Positions 27,496 through 37,216 are shown, counted from the first letter of the stretch. The stretch is DNA of 64,000 bases from an uncultured bacterium (GCA_903958395.1 CAJBSZ010000437.1:444-64443), one strand, 5' to 3'. Translations and numbers: made by a program. Notes: generated from the letters alone by a model not told the origin.

Positions 27496-28200
27496 GACGA
27501 TCTGGCTGGCATTGAGTCTGGCCAGATATCGTTTCCGATACCACACGAACCCGAACAGGTCGAAAATGGTGCGGGGTAGGCGTTTCATGTTGGTGTATTT
27601 CGATGTTCCCATGGTTCGCGCCCGGTGATCCACCGCCAGTTCCTTGATGGAGCGCCCATTGAGTTTGAAGTAGGCTGGCATGAACCGGTGAACGCCTTCC
27701 ACATGCGGGAGATCTGCCACGCAGGCTTTTCTGAATACCTTCAGACTGCACCCGGTGTCGCGAATGCCATCATGAGTGGCCCAGTTTCGCACCCGGTTTG
27801 CGAGGCGTGACCCGACGCGTCTCGCCCAGGTGTCCTTGCGCTTGGCGCGAAACCCGCAGACGGCATCGGCATCCTTGAGCTCAGCGAGCATTCGGGGAAT
27901 ATCGGCCGGATTATTTTGCATATCCCCGTCGATGGTCACCAGAATATCGCCGGCAGCAAGCTGCAACCCCACCAGCATGGCGTGGCTTTGGCCGCGATTA
28001 GGGGAATAGTGCAGGCCCCTTACGCTTGTGTACCGCGCTTTGGCTTCCTGGATGCGAGCCCAGGTCTGGTCACGGCTCCCGTCATCGACAAAAAGCACTT
28101 CCAATTCCGGGATGACCGTGCTCAGCCGGTGCATTTCCTCGGCGAGAGGCAGGACATTATCCTGTTCATTATAGACCGGCACCACGACGGAAACTTTCAT
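27487..28200 (-). CDS. GT2 polyprenyl-phosphate glycosyltransferase (GtrB/ArnC-like)
   Basis: VVVPVYNEQDNV, FVDDGSRD and DGDMQNNP motifs. Confidence 0.85.
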   Translation of the reverse strand: MKVSVVVPVYNEQDNVLPLAEEMHRLSTVIPELEVLFVDDGSRDQTWARIQEAKARYTSVRGLHYSPNRGQSHAMLVGLQLAAGDILVTIDGDMQNNPADIPRMLAELKDADAVCGFRAKRKDTWARRVGSRLANRVRNWATHDGIRDTGCSLKVFRKACVADLPHVEGVHRFMPAYFKLNGRSIKELAVDHRARTMGTSKYTNMKRLPRTIFDLFGFVWYRKRYLARLNASQIVSE

Positions 28201-28321
28201 AACAGTCCTTTATTTCATTCGCTTCGGTTTAGTCTTATCACGACTGAAGGATGTAATTCCAGCCCTGATTCCCCGTCATTTCTTGTTACAGTGGATGAAG
28301 GGGGGGGCAAGGCTCTAAACA

Positions 28322-29428
28322 TTATGCGCTGATGATTCCGCTGCCGAGAACCAAGTCGTTGTCGTAAAACGCGACGACTTGTCCCGGGGTGATGGACATT
28401 TGCGGTTCATCAAATAGGGCCTCAACAGCACCGTCTGTGGAGCCCATCTGAATGGTTGCCGGTGCTTCCTTGTGCTGTTGCCTGATTTTTGCCTGGATTC
28501 GCCTGGGTTCCTGCGGCGCTGTTGCAAGGCTTACCCAGTTCATATCCAAGGCCGTCAGCCGGCTCGAGAAAAGATCCGAATGGGTGCCAACAACGACGGT
28601 ATTGGAGCAGGCATCAAGGCGAATCACATAGAGCGGATCTGCGGTGCCGCCAAGGCCAAGGCCCTTACGTTGACCGACTGTATAGTGAACAATTCCGCGA
28701 TGCTGTCCCAGCACTTTACCTGCTGCGTCCACAATTGGGCCCGGGGTTTGTTCCCGTTCGCTGAAGAGAACCCCGTAGTCCTTGCTCTCAATGAAATTCT
28801 GGCTTTCCGGCTTGTCCGCCACATCGTCCCAGCCAATTTCGCGGGCGATGGCTTTGACCTCCGGCTTGGTCATGCCGCCCAGCGGAAAAAGAACCTGGCT
28901 GAGCTGAGTCTGGGAGAGTCGGGACAGGAAATACGTCTGATCCTTGGCGGGATCCAAAGCGCGGCGTAATTGCCAGCGGCCGGAGACGGGTTCCTGATCG
29001 ACCCGGGCGTAATGCCCGGTGGCAAACTTGTCGAAGGTGATGCCCATAGCGCGTGCCCGATCCAGGAGAAGTCCAAACTTCATGGTTCGATTGCAGCGGA
29101 CGCAGGGATTGGGAGTGCGGCCAGCCCGGTATTCCTCGCGGAAGTACTCGAGAACCTCCGTTGCGTATTCCGGGGCAAGTGGGACGACATGGTGGGGGAT
29201 ATCAAGTCGGGCGGCCAGTGCCCGGGCGGCCTCAATGTCGCGGGGTTCGCCTGGTCCGTAGCATCCAGATCGTCCTTCGTCTGCCAAGGGGAGGGAGCCG
29301 TCCCATATCTGCATGGTCAGACCGATGACAGCATGGCCCTGCTGCTTCAGAAGCCAGGCGGCAACAGAAGAGTCGACCCCTCCGCTCAGCCCGACGGCAA
29401 TCGTCAGTTTTTTGGACTCATGATGCAT
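28322..29428 (-). CDS. mnmA: tRNA 2-thiouridine(34) synthase
   Basis: PP-loop VGLSGGVDSS and the catalytic Cys context NPCVRCN. Confidence 0.95.
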   Translation of the reverse strand: MHHESKKLTIAVGLSGGVDSSVAAWLLKQQGHAVIGLTMQIWDGSLPLADEGRSGCYGPGEPRDIEAARALAARLDIPHHVVPLAPEYATEVLEYFREEYRAGRTPNPCVRCNRTMKFGLLLDRARAMGITFDKFATGHYARVDQEPVSGRWQLRRALDPAKDQTYFLSRLSQTQLSQVLFPLGGMTKPEVKAIAREIGWDDVADKPESQNFIESKDYGVLFSEREQTPGPIVDAAGKVLGQHRGIVHYTVGQRKGLGLGGTADPLYVIRLDACSNTVVVGTHSDLFSSRLTALDMNWVSLATAPQEPRRIQAKIRQQHKEAPATIQMGSTDGAVEALFDEPQMSITPGQVVAFYDNDLVLGSGIISA

Positions 29429-29546
29429 GACGGAACCATTATAATCGGCTTTCCCCTCCTTTGTCTATTGCCTGTTGAATCCCGGGTGCAAACTTTGCTA
29501 GAGTGCCGTCTATTGATGATTGAAACCGTATTTTGAAAGGGAATCC

Positions 29547-30068
29547 ATGAGTATTCGGAAGTTGAAAGCGGCGGTTCGGGATGTGCCTGATTTTCCGAAG
29601 CCCGGAATCATGTTCAAGGATATCACTCCGATTCTCAAGGATCCCAAGCTTTTTCGTGCGGCGGTCGATCTGTTTGCCAAGCGCCATCGCGACAAAGGAA
29701 TCCGGAAAATCGCCGTGATTGATGCCCGGGGGTTTCTTTTCGGCGCGGCACTGGCCTACAAACTTAAGGCCGGACTTGTTCCCATCCGGAAAAAAGGAAA
29801 ACTACCGTACCAGACCCTTGAGGAGAGTTATGACCTTGAGTATGGCTCGGCCACGCTGAGCCTTCACATTGATGCCTTTGAACCCGGGGAGCCGGTGCTT
29901 TTGATTGACGACCTGCTTGCCACGGGAGGCACCGCATTGGCCTCTGCAAAATTGATCGAGCGGGCGGGGGGCAAGATTGTGGAAATTGATTTCCTGATCG
30001 AGCTTGGATTCCTGAACGGCCGTGCAAAGTTGACCGGATACGAACTCTTCGCTCCGATCAAGTATTAA
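29547..30068 (+). CDS. apt: Adenine phosphoribosyltransferase
   Basis: VPDFPKPGIMFKDITP and the PRPP motif VLLIDDLLATGGT. Start at the internal ATG (MSIRKL). Confidence 0.95.
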   Translation: MSIRKLKAAVRDVPDFPKPGIMFKDITPILKDPKLFRAAVDLFAKRHRDKGIRKIAVIDARGFLFGAALAYKLKAGLVPIRKKGKLPYQTLEESYDLEYGSATLSLHIDAFEPGEPVLLIDDLLATGGTALASAKLIERAGGKIVEIDFLIELGFLNGRAKLTGYELFAPIKY

Positions 30069-30622
30069 CGCCGCGCAATGGCGACCACGAAGACCATGGC
30101 CACCATGAGCAGGCAGACAAGCGCGCTTTTCCAGCCCTGAACCTCGTTTTGTGACGTCGCCGCCTTCTGTTCTGCAATGGCTTTGTCCACTTGCCGCATA
30201 ATGGCGTCAAGTTCGTTTGTCTTTGGAACGGCGGGATGCAAATCTGCAAGAAAAACATCAATTCCAGGATGGAGTTGGGCGAACGGTCGGCGGCACATGA
30301 TGTCATTTGCCTGTAATTCAGCCTCAAGAATTCCAATATCCAAATTATAAAGACGCTCAGAAATCAGGCCTGCCAGCGAGAGTCCGTTTGTGTTTTCAAA
30401 CCAGGCCTCCGGCATCTTTCCGGAATCGGGGTTCTGGTGACTGCTGAACCAGACGGAAGGACTGTTGGTGTTGGCGATCCCCTCGAATTCCCCGGATGGG
30501 GCATGAGAGATGTCTGCATTTTCAATTTTCAAGGGTGCTGACCATGCCGGAAAATGAGCCGTCACGATCGCGAACGCGACGATGCTGCCCGCCAGCGACT
30601 GTCTCAGTGTTTGAGTGACCAT
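30065..30622 (-). CDS. Hypothetical exported protein with a C-terminal membrane anchor
   Basis: N-terminal signal-like segment (AIVTAHFPAWSA) and C-terminal TM helix (ALVCLLMVAMVFVVAIARR). Overlaps the DJ-1 gene 3' end by 19 nt. Confidence 0.5.
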   Translation of the reverse strand: MVTQTLRQSLAGSIVAFAIVTAHFPAWSAPLKIENADISHAPSGEFEGIANTNSPSVWFSSHQNPDSGKMPEAWFENTNGLSLAGLISERLYNLDIGILEAELQANDIMCRRPFAQLHPGIDVFLADLHPAVPKTNELDAIMRQVDKAIAEQKAATSQNEVQGWKSALVCLLMVAMVFVVAIARR

Positions 30623-31173
30623 GAATTCTCCCCGAGAACGATGCTATCCGCGATGGCTCGTGCTTTTCCGGGGCCCTCGACCAGTTGGATGATCGTCAGG
30701 GCGAATTCAAAGGTGGTTCCAGCTCCCTGGCTGGTGAGGATCCGCCCATCCACAACAGTGGGACGATTCAGGCGCGGTGTGCTGGTCAGACGGGCGGCAA
30801 CGCCTGGATGGCAGGTGACTTTTTTGTCGGTTAGAATGCCGGCGGCTTGAAGCGTCAAGGGGGCGGCACAGATGGCTCCGACCCATTTCCCGTCACGATG
30901 AAAATTCCGGATTGTTTTCAGAAGTGGTTCGAACTTGAGGAACCGTTCCACACCAGGGCCGCCGCCGGGAATCATCAGAATGTCGAAATCCTGAGTATTA
31001 ATTTCGCTCCAACTCTTGTCCGGCATCAGGCGCACGCCGCGTGCGGCAGTAATCAGACCGTCATCCACCCCGGCGACCACGACTGTCCATTGTGCGCGGC
31101 GGAGGACATCAATGGTGATGATGGCCTCCATTTCCTCCGTGCCATTGGCGATCGGAATCAGAACGTTCGGCAT
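30604..31173 (-). CDS. DJ-1/PfpI-family protein
   Basis: Nucleophile elbow GAICAAP and IPGG. Start at the internal ATG (MPNVLIPIANG, 31171-31173). Confidence 0.85.
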   Translation of the reverse strand: MPNVLIPIANGTEEMEAIITIDVLRRAQWTVVVAGVDDGLITAARGVRLMPDKSWSEINTQDFDILMIPGGGPGVERFLKFEPLLKTIRNFHRDGKWVGAICAAPLTLQAAGILTDKKVTCHPGVAARLTSTPRLNRPTVVDGRILTSQGAGTTFEFALTIIQLVEGPGKARAIADSIVLGENSWSLKH

Positions 31174-31184
31174 GGTGTAAGTCC

Positions 31185-31880
31185 TTAATCGTCCCTTCGT
31201 CCGCCAAGCAGGCCGGACCGGAAGAGATAGTAGAGGAGGGTGAGCAGAGCCGTGACCGCGGAGGCCACATAGGTCAGGAAGGCCGCATTCAGGACACGGG
31301 CGGCGTCCTCCTGCTCCTGGTAAGTGACAATTCCTGACATGACCATCAGGCGCTTGGCCCGGGAGCTGGCGTCCCATTCAACCGGCAAGGTGATAATGGA
31401 AAAGACAACGGTGATGCTGAACAGGATGATTCCGATCAGGTACATCTTGGGATTATTCATGAACATTCCCAGCAGAAAGAAAATGTACGAGCCCATGCTT
31501 CCGAACTGGGTTGCGGGAACCAGGGCGGAACGCAGTCCAAGCCACATGTAGGCGGATGCGTGCTGAAGGGCATGCCCCGCTTCGTGGCAGGCCACGCCAA
31601 TGGCCGACAGGGAAGGTGAGTCATAGACTCCTGAAGACAGGCGGAGCGTTCGAGAGGTCGGGTCGTAGTGGTCGCTCAGGAATCCGTCGGCTCGTTCAAT
31701 CGTAACATTAGTCACGCCGTTTTCGGACAGCATCTGGCGCGCGGCCTCGGCGCCTGTAAGCCCCGAGCCTGCTGATATTTTCGAGTAACGGGCGAATGTC
31801 GACTTGACCTTATAGGTGGCAATGAGTGCGAAAATCATGCCTGGCGCGACGAACAATAAATAAATTGGATCGAAAAACAT
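31185..31880 (-). CDS. YugP-type membrane zinc metallopeptidase (Zn_peptidase_2)
   Basis: HEAGHALQH (HExxH) between N- and C-terminal TM helices, 231 aa. Confidence 0.8.
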   Translation of the reverse strand: MFFDPIYLLFVAPGMIFALIATYKVKSTFARYSKISAGSGLTGAEAARQMLSENGVTNVTIERADGFLSDHYDPTSRTLRLSSGVYDSPSLSAIGVACHEAGHALQHASAYMWLGLRSALVPATQFGSMGSYIFFLLGMFMNNPKMYLIGIILFSITVVFSIITLPVEWDASSRAKRLMVMSGIVTYQEQEDAARVLNAAFLTYVASAVTALLTLLYYLFRSGLLGGRRDD

Positions 31881-31933
31881 GGTTGAACCCTTTCACATAG
31901 ACATCTCTACAAGTCATTTAATCAAAGACGGTT

Positions 31934-33796
31934 TCATTCTGTCAATCCCATCACGAAATCCGTGGGCAGGGTGGGAGGCGGTACAGGGACATCAAACCAC
32001 TCCTGCAGTTCGAAATCCAGTCCGACATGGTTCATGTAGTTGTAGAGGGCTTTTCGCAGGCCCCTGCCCAGCGAGTCGTGGTCACAGATGACGGAGTCTT
32101 TGAAGGGGATTTCATTGCAGGCGAAGGTCGGTTTAGGACGACGCGGGATTCGGATGCCGTAACGGCCCGGATTCTTAAAGATGGGGCTATGAACCGTCAG
32201 GGCGAAGCGGTGCCAGTAAGCGGACTGAATGCAGCCGGCTTCAAACAATTGGCGGACAAACTCCAGGGAATCCACGGTGTCCTGTTCGGTCTGGGAGGGG
32301 CATCCATACATCAAGTACGCATGAACCAGGATTCCCGCTTCGGCGAAGCCGTGGGTGACGGCGGCAGCCTGTTCCAGTGTGAATCCTTTATCGAGGAGTG
32401 TGAGCAACCTGTTGGTGGCGGCTTCCAGTCCACCGGTAACGGCAATGCAACCGGCCTTGGCCATAAGTGTGGCCAGTTCGGGAGTAAAAGCCTTGTCGAA
32501 CCGGATGTTGCCCCACCAAGTGATTTTAAGTTTCCGCTTGATCATTTCCGTACAGAGCACGCGCAACAGGGCTGGCGGCATGGCTTCATCAATAAAATGA
32601 AAGCCGGTCCTCCCTGTTTGGGCGATTACCGCTTCAATTTGCTGAATCAACAGACCCGCGGTAACGGGGGAATAACGCTGAATATAGTCGAGTTGTGTGT
32701 CGCAGAAGGCGCAACGATGCCAGTAGCAGCCGTGAGCCAGCATGAGTTTATTCCAGTGCCCGCAGGACCATATCCGGTGCATCGGGTTGGGGGATTCGAT
32801 CATGGAGACGTAGTGATTGAGGGGGAGTGGTGAGAAGCGGGGGATTGTTGATTGGTGATTGTGGAGTTTAGGCTGAGGGGAAGAGAGACTGTACAGGACG
32901 CGTTTTTTTTGGCGAATGACTGTGCGAATCAGGTCGGATGTGGCGGCCCGGCCTTCGAGATGATCAATAATCCGAAGCAGGGGGAGTTCGCCGTCATCGA
33001 GTGTCAGGTAGTCGGTATAATCAAAAATGCGCGGGTCGGACAGGGTGCGAAGTTCCGTGTTTACATAGCCGCCGCCCATGACAATCGGAATTTCCGGTGC
33101 GGCGCATTTCATGGCCTTCGCCATGCGCAGAGCCCCGTATACGTTGCCTGGAAAGGGGAGGGTGAAACCGACCAGTTGGGGATGGTGTTGGTCTATCAGG
33201 TCATGGGCAAGGGTCTCGATAAGCGAATCCACGAGGGTTGCTTTACGGCGTAAGGCCGTGGCGATCCCGTCAAAGGTGGGTGCGCTGGCGGCAAGCTTTT
33301 CTCCATAACGGGCCAACTCGAAACGGGAATCCAGTCCATCGCGAATGGCGTCGGCAAGGTCGTCCAGGTAAAGACTGGCCAGATGGATGGCGAAGTCGCG
33401 TTTTGACAGCGCATAGGCTGTTCCTTCTCTGTTCGTGATGGCGTTGTGGAGCGGGGCAAAACGGGGGCCTTCCGGCAGGAATTTCCGGGATAGTATCCGG
33501 GTCGCCAGGGACGGGGTGTGTCCCTGCAGGAATTGGATGACAGGCTCGATAGTGGCGGCAATGCTGTGGCTGTGACGTAAAAAATGGCGAACACTGGCGG
33601 GGCGCGCTCGGGATTTCAAGGCCTTTCGAATGCGGATGACACCCGGGCGTGAAAAAAGGCGAAGGGCGAGCATCAAGGCGGCATCGGCTTGACGGACATC
33701 ATGGCCATATGGCTCAAGGAAGCCTGCAAGGCAGGGGGTGGCCGGGTAGGGCGCATTGATTTGCGCCATGGGGGGTGTGATGAGCAGAACACGCAT
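31934..33796 (-). CDS. B12-binding-domain radical SAM protein
   Basis: N-terminal Rossmann-like MRVLLITPP...IPIVMGGGY, then the cluster motif GCYWHRCAFCD (32702-32728). Start at the internal ATG 33794-33796. Confidence 0.8.
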   Translation of the reverse strand: MRVLLITPPMAQINAPYPATPCLAGFLEPYGHDVRQADAALMLALRLFSRPGVIRIRKALKSRARPASVRHFLRHSHSIAATIEPVIQFLQGHTPSLATRILSRKFLPEGPRFAPLHNAITNREGTAYALSKRDFAIHLASLYLDDLADAIRDGLDSRFELARYGEKLAASAPTFDGIATALRRKATLVDSLIETLAHDLIDQHHPQLVGFTLPFPGNVYGALRMAKAMKCAAPEIPIVMGGGYVNTELRTLSDPRIFDYTDYLTLDDGELPLLRIIDHLEGRAATSDLIRTVIRQKKRVLYSLSSPQPKLHNHQSTIPRFSPLPLNHYVSMIESPNPMHRIWSCGHWNKLMLAHGCYWHRCAFCDTQLDYIQRYSPVTAGLLIQQIEAVIAQTGRTGFHFIDEAMPPALLRVLCTEMIKRKLKITWWGNIRFDKAFTPELATLMAKAGCIAVTGGLEAATNRLLTLLDKGFTLEQAAAVTHGFAEAGILVHAYLMYGCPSQTEQDTVDSLEFVRQLFEAGCIQSAYWHRFALTVHSPIFKNPGRYGIRIPRRPKPTFACNEIPFKDSVICDHDSLGRGLRKALYNYMNHVGLDFELQEWFDVPVPPPTLPTDFVMGLTE

Positions 33797-33799
33797 AAA

Positions 33800-33835
33800 A
33801 ACTCCTGTTGTGGACAGTGTGCCACAACAGGAGTT
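33800..33835 (-). terminator. Perfect 14-bp hairpin between carB and the radical SAM gene (terminator and/or RBS-sequestering structure)
   Basis: The minus-strand RNA reads AACUCCUGUUGUGG-CACACUGU-CCACAACAGGAGUU-UUUAUG. The 3' arm contains AGGAG, and the AUG of the radical SAM gene follows directly. Confidence 0.55.
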
Positions 33836-33845
33836 AGGGAGGCGA

Positions 33846-36800
33846 TTACTTAATACCGGCGTGATAGCGCTGAAGGGATGTAACCCCCGCAAGCCCCTGC
33901 CGGGATGCGGCGATTCCCTTGGCGGCGGCAGAAGCGGCAGCCAGAGTCGTGAAGTAGGGAACCTTGTGCTTGATGGCGGCCTTGCGGATGTACGAGTCGT
34001 CGGTGACGCTTTGTTTTCCGGCGGGCGTATTGATTACGGCCTGGATCTCGCCATTGACAATGCCGTCTGAAATATCGGGACGCCCCTCCAGTCTTTTATT
34101 GATGCGCTCGCAGGGAATACCCTTCTCTTTCAGGAATCGCCAGGTTCCTTCGGTGGCCTTGATCATGAAGCCCAGGGCGTGAAAGGCCTTTCCAACCTCA
34201 ACGGCGGACTGGTTTTTTTCCACCACGCTGAGGAGTACGGTGCCTTCCATGGGGAGCCGGTTATTGGCGGCTTCCTGAGCTTTGAAGAAGGCCATGCCGA
34301 AGTTGTCGGCCATGCCGAGAACTTCCCCGGTCGAGCGCATTTCCGGGCCGAGCACAGGATCCACCTCCGGGAATTTATCGAAGGGAAACACCGATTCCTT
34401 AACCCCGTAGTGAGGGATACAGGAGGCATGTTTCAGTCCGAGTTCTTCCAGGCGGGTTCCCATCATCAGCCGGGTGGCGGCGCGTGCCATTTGAAGGGCG
34501 CAGACCTTGGACACCAGGGGGACCGTCCGGGAGGCGCGAGGGTTGGCTTCCAGGACATAAACCTTTCCCTTTTCAATGGCGTACTGGATGTTCATCAATC
34601 CGATGACATGCAATTCACGGGCGATTTTCTCCGTGTATTCCGTAATGGTCTTGAGTTGCGATGCCGGAATGCTGACCGGCGGGATCACGCACGCGGAGTC
34701 CCCGGAGTGAATCCCGGCCTGCTCGATGTGCTCCATCACGGCCGGGATGAACACATGAGTGCCGTCGGAAAGTGCATCCGCCTCGCACTCCAGGGCATCC
34801 TGAAGGAATCGGTCAATGAGGAGGGGGCGTTCGGGGGTGACTCCAACGGCCTTCGCGACATATTCACGCAGCATGTCATCGTCATAGAGCACTTCCATGC
34901 CGCGTCCACCCAGGACGAAAGAGGGGCGTACCATGACCGGGTATCCTACCCGGTGGGCAACGTCGAGTGCCTGGGCGGTATCCACTGCCATGCCGGATTC
35001 CGGCATGGGGATATCCAGCCGTTCCATCATCTGGCGAAAGAGGTCGCGGTCTTCAGCGAGCTCAATCGTCTTGATATCGGAGCCGAGGATACGAACGCCG
35101 GCTGCGGCGAGGTCGGCGGCAAGATTCAGGGGGGTTTGACCGCCGAATTGAACAATAACTCCGGAGGGCTTTTCCTTGTTGTAGATCGCCAGGACATCTT
35201 CCGTTGTCAGGGGTTCGAAATAAAGTTTATCCGAGGTGTCATAGTCCGTTGAGACGGTTTCCGGGTTACAGTTGACCATGATCGTCTCATAACCGAGATC
35301 ACGCAAGGCCAAGGCGGCGTGGACGCAACAGTAATCGAACTCAATGCCCTGTCCGATACGATTTGGGCCACCACCGAGAATCATGACCTTTTTGGGATTC
35401 GCGGTCGCCGTGGAGGTGTCCTTGCCGTGATAGCTCGAGTAGTAATAGGCGGCGTTTTCTACTCCGCTGACGGGTACCGCATGCCAGCTTTCGACAACAC
35501 CGAGCGCGATACGCCGTTCACGGATCAGTTTTTCCGGAATGCCGAGGATTTTGGAGAGATGCTTGTCGGCAAATCCGTCCATTTTGGCCTTGATCAGGAG
35601 TTCATCAGGCGGAAGTTGGCCCTTGGAGGCGAGGATTTTTTCCTCCAATTCGACGAGTTCCTTCATTTGCTCGATGAACCACGCCTTGATATGGGTCAGT
35701 TTATGCAATTGCTCCACGGTGGCGCCCTTTCGGATCGCCTCGTACATCAGCCATTGCCGCTCACTGGAAGGTTCCGCGAGTAGCGCGATCAATTCATCCA
35801 GCGGCTTGGTGTTGAAATCCTTGGCAAACCCCAGGCCATGGCGCCCGTTTTCGAGGGAGCGGATCGCCTTTTGGAAAGCTTCCTTGTAGGTTTTCCCGAT
35901 ACTCATCACTTCGCCGACGGCCTTCATCTGGGTGCCCAGTTTGTCCTGTACGCCCTTGAACTTTTCAAAGGCCCAGCGTGAAAACTTGACCACGACATAA
36001 TCACCCGATGGGGTGTAGCGATCCAGGGAGCCATCACGCCAGTAGGGGATTTCATCCATGGTCATACCGCTGGCCAGTTTTGCGGAAATCAGGGCGATGG
36101 GAAATCCGGTTGCCTTGGAGGCCAGCGCGGAGGAACGTGAGGTGCGGGGATTGATCTCGATGATCACGATGCGGCCATCCTTCGGGTTATGGGCGAATTG
36201 CACATTGGTGCCGCCGATGACCCCGATGGACTCCACAATTTTATAGGCATAATCCTGGAGGCGCTTTTGTGTTTCCGGCTTGATGGTCAGCATGGGCGCG
36301 GTGCAGTAGGAGTCGCCGGTATGCACCCCCATGGCGTCCACATTTTCGATGTAGCAGACCGTGATCATTTTGTTTTTGGCATCACGGACGACTTCAAGCT
36401 CCAGTTCCTCCCAGCCCAGCACGGATTCCTCGACCAGAAGCTGGCCGATCAAGGAGGCCTGGATTCCGCGGGCCGCCACGGTCTGGAGTTCTTCGAGATT
36501 GTAGACGAGTCCGCCGCCGGCGCCACCCATTGTGTAGGCGGGACGGATGACCACCGGGTAGCCGAGCTTTGCGGCAACTTTTTCCGCTTCCGGAACGGTA
36601 TAGGCCAGTTCGCTTTGTGGCATATCGATACCCAGCGATTTCATGGTTTCCTTGAAAATCAGGCGATCCTCGCCGCGCTCGATGGCATCGAGGTTGACTC
36701 CGATGACCTTGACGCCATATTTACCAAGAATGCCATTTTTATTGAGTTCAGAAGAAAGGTTCAGGCCCGTTTGCCCGCCCAGGTTCGGAAGCAGGGCGTC

Positions 36801-37049
36801 CGGTCTTTCCTTGGCGATGATTTGTTCCATGCGTGCGACATTGAGTGGCTCGATGTAGGTGGCGTCGGCCATTCCGGGGTCGGTCATGATGGTGGCGGGA
36901 TTTGAATTCACCAGGACGATTTTGTAGCCGCACGCCTTGAGGGCTTTACAGGCCTGGGTTCCGGAATAATCGAATTCACACGCCTGGCCGATAACGATGG
37001 GACCCGACCCGATGATCATGACTTTCTTGATGTCATTGCGATACGGCAT
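33846..37049 (-). CDS. carB: Carbamoyl-phosphate synthase large subunit
   Basis: KKVMIIGSGPIVIGQACEFDYSG and the duplicated ATP-grasp halves (second: KVMILGGGPNRIGQGIEFDYC). Start at the internal ATG 37047-37049. Confidence 0.95.
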   Translation of the reverse strand: MPYRNDIKKVMIIGSGPIVIGQACEFDYSGTQACKALKACGYKIVLVNSNPATIMTDPGMADATYIEPLNVARMEQIIAKERPDALLPNLGGQTGLNLSSELNKNGILGKYGVKVIGVNLDAIERGEDRLIFKETMKSLGIDMPQSELAYTVPEAEKVAAKLGYPVVIRPAYTMGGAGGGLVYNLEELQTVAARGIQASLIGQLLVEESVLGWEELELEVVRDAKNKMITVCYIENVDAMGVHTGDSYCTAPMLTIKPETQKRLQDYAYKIVESIGVIGGTNVQFAHNPKDGRIVIIEINPRTSRSSALASKATGFPIALISAKLASGMTMDEIPYWRDGSLDRYTPSGDYVVVKFSRWAFEKFKGVQDKLGTQMKAVGEVMSIGKTYKEAFQKAIRSLENGRHGLGFAKDFNTKPLDELIALLAEPSSERQWLMYEAIRKGATVEQLHKLTHIKAWFIEQMKELVELEEKILASKGQLPPDELLIKAKMDGFADKHLSKILGIPEKLIRERRIALGVVESWHAVPVSGVENAAYYYSSYHGKDTSTATANPKKVMILGGGPNRIGQGIEFDYCCVHAALALRDLGYETIMVNCNPETVSTDYDTSDKLYFEPLTTEDVLAIYNKEKPSGVIVQFGGQTPLNLAADLAAAGVRILGSDIKTIELAEDRDLFRQMMERLDIPMPESGMAVDTAQALDVAHRVGYPVMVRPSFVLGGRGMEVLYDDDMLREYVAKAVGVTPERPLLIDRFLQDALECEADALSDGTHVFIPAVMEHIEQAGIHSGDSACVIPPVSIPASQLKTITEYTEKIARELHVIGLMNIQYAIEKGKVYVLEANPRASRTVPLVSKVCALQMARAATRLMMGTRLEELGLKHASCIPHYGVKESVFPFDKFPEVDPVLGPEMRSTGEVLGMADNFGMAFFKAQEAANNRLPMEGTVLLSVVEKNQSAVEVGKAFHALGFMIKATEGTWRFLKEKGIPCERINKRLEGRPDISDGIVNGEIQAVINTPAGKQSVTDDSYIRKAAIKHKVPYFTTLAAASAAAKGIAASRQGLAGVTSLQRYHAGIK

Positions 37050-37160
37050 AATACGGTCTCCTGATTGCCCTGTGGCGGCCCCGTGTGGAAAATAAAACGG
37101 GAAAAAACCCCGACAGACCGTGGAAGGATACAGAGAATGGCGCGGGACAATCAAGTCTCT

Positions 37161-37186
37161 ATTAAGCGGCAAAATTGCCGCTTAAT
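37161..37186 (-). other. Perfect 11-bp palindrome downstream of the zinc-ribbon gene, in the carB leader
   Basis: ATTAAGCGGCA-AAAT-TGCCGCTTAAT. There is no U-tract on the minus strand, so its role as a terminator is uncertain. Confidence 0.35.
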
Positions 37187-37216
37187 GTCATTTCGGTGAA
37201 AAGGTTTGGAGGCGGA

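Noticed and set aside
33846-37172. Track N-terminal extensions of carB (to 37172). Similar extensions occur on guaB (to 17911), the rSAM gene (to 33892), DJ-1 (to 31377), the rRNA methyltransferase (to 50556), the ATPase (from 51169) and rpmE (from 45014).
   Set aside because: In each case the conserved family N-terminus begins at an internal ATG. The extension overlaps a neighbouring gene or intergenic structure.
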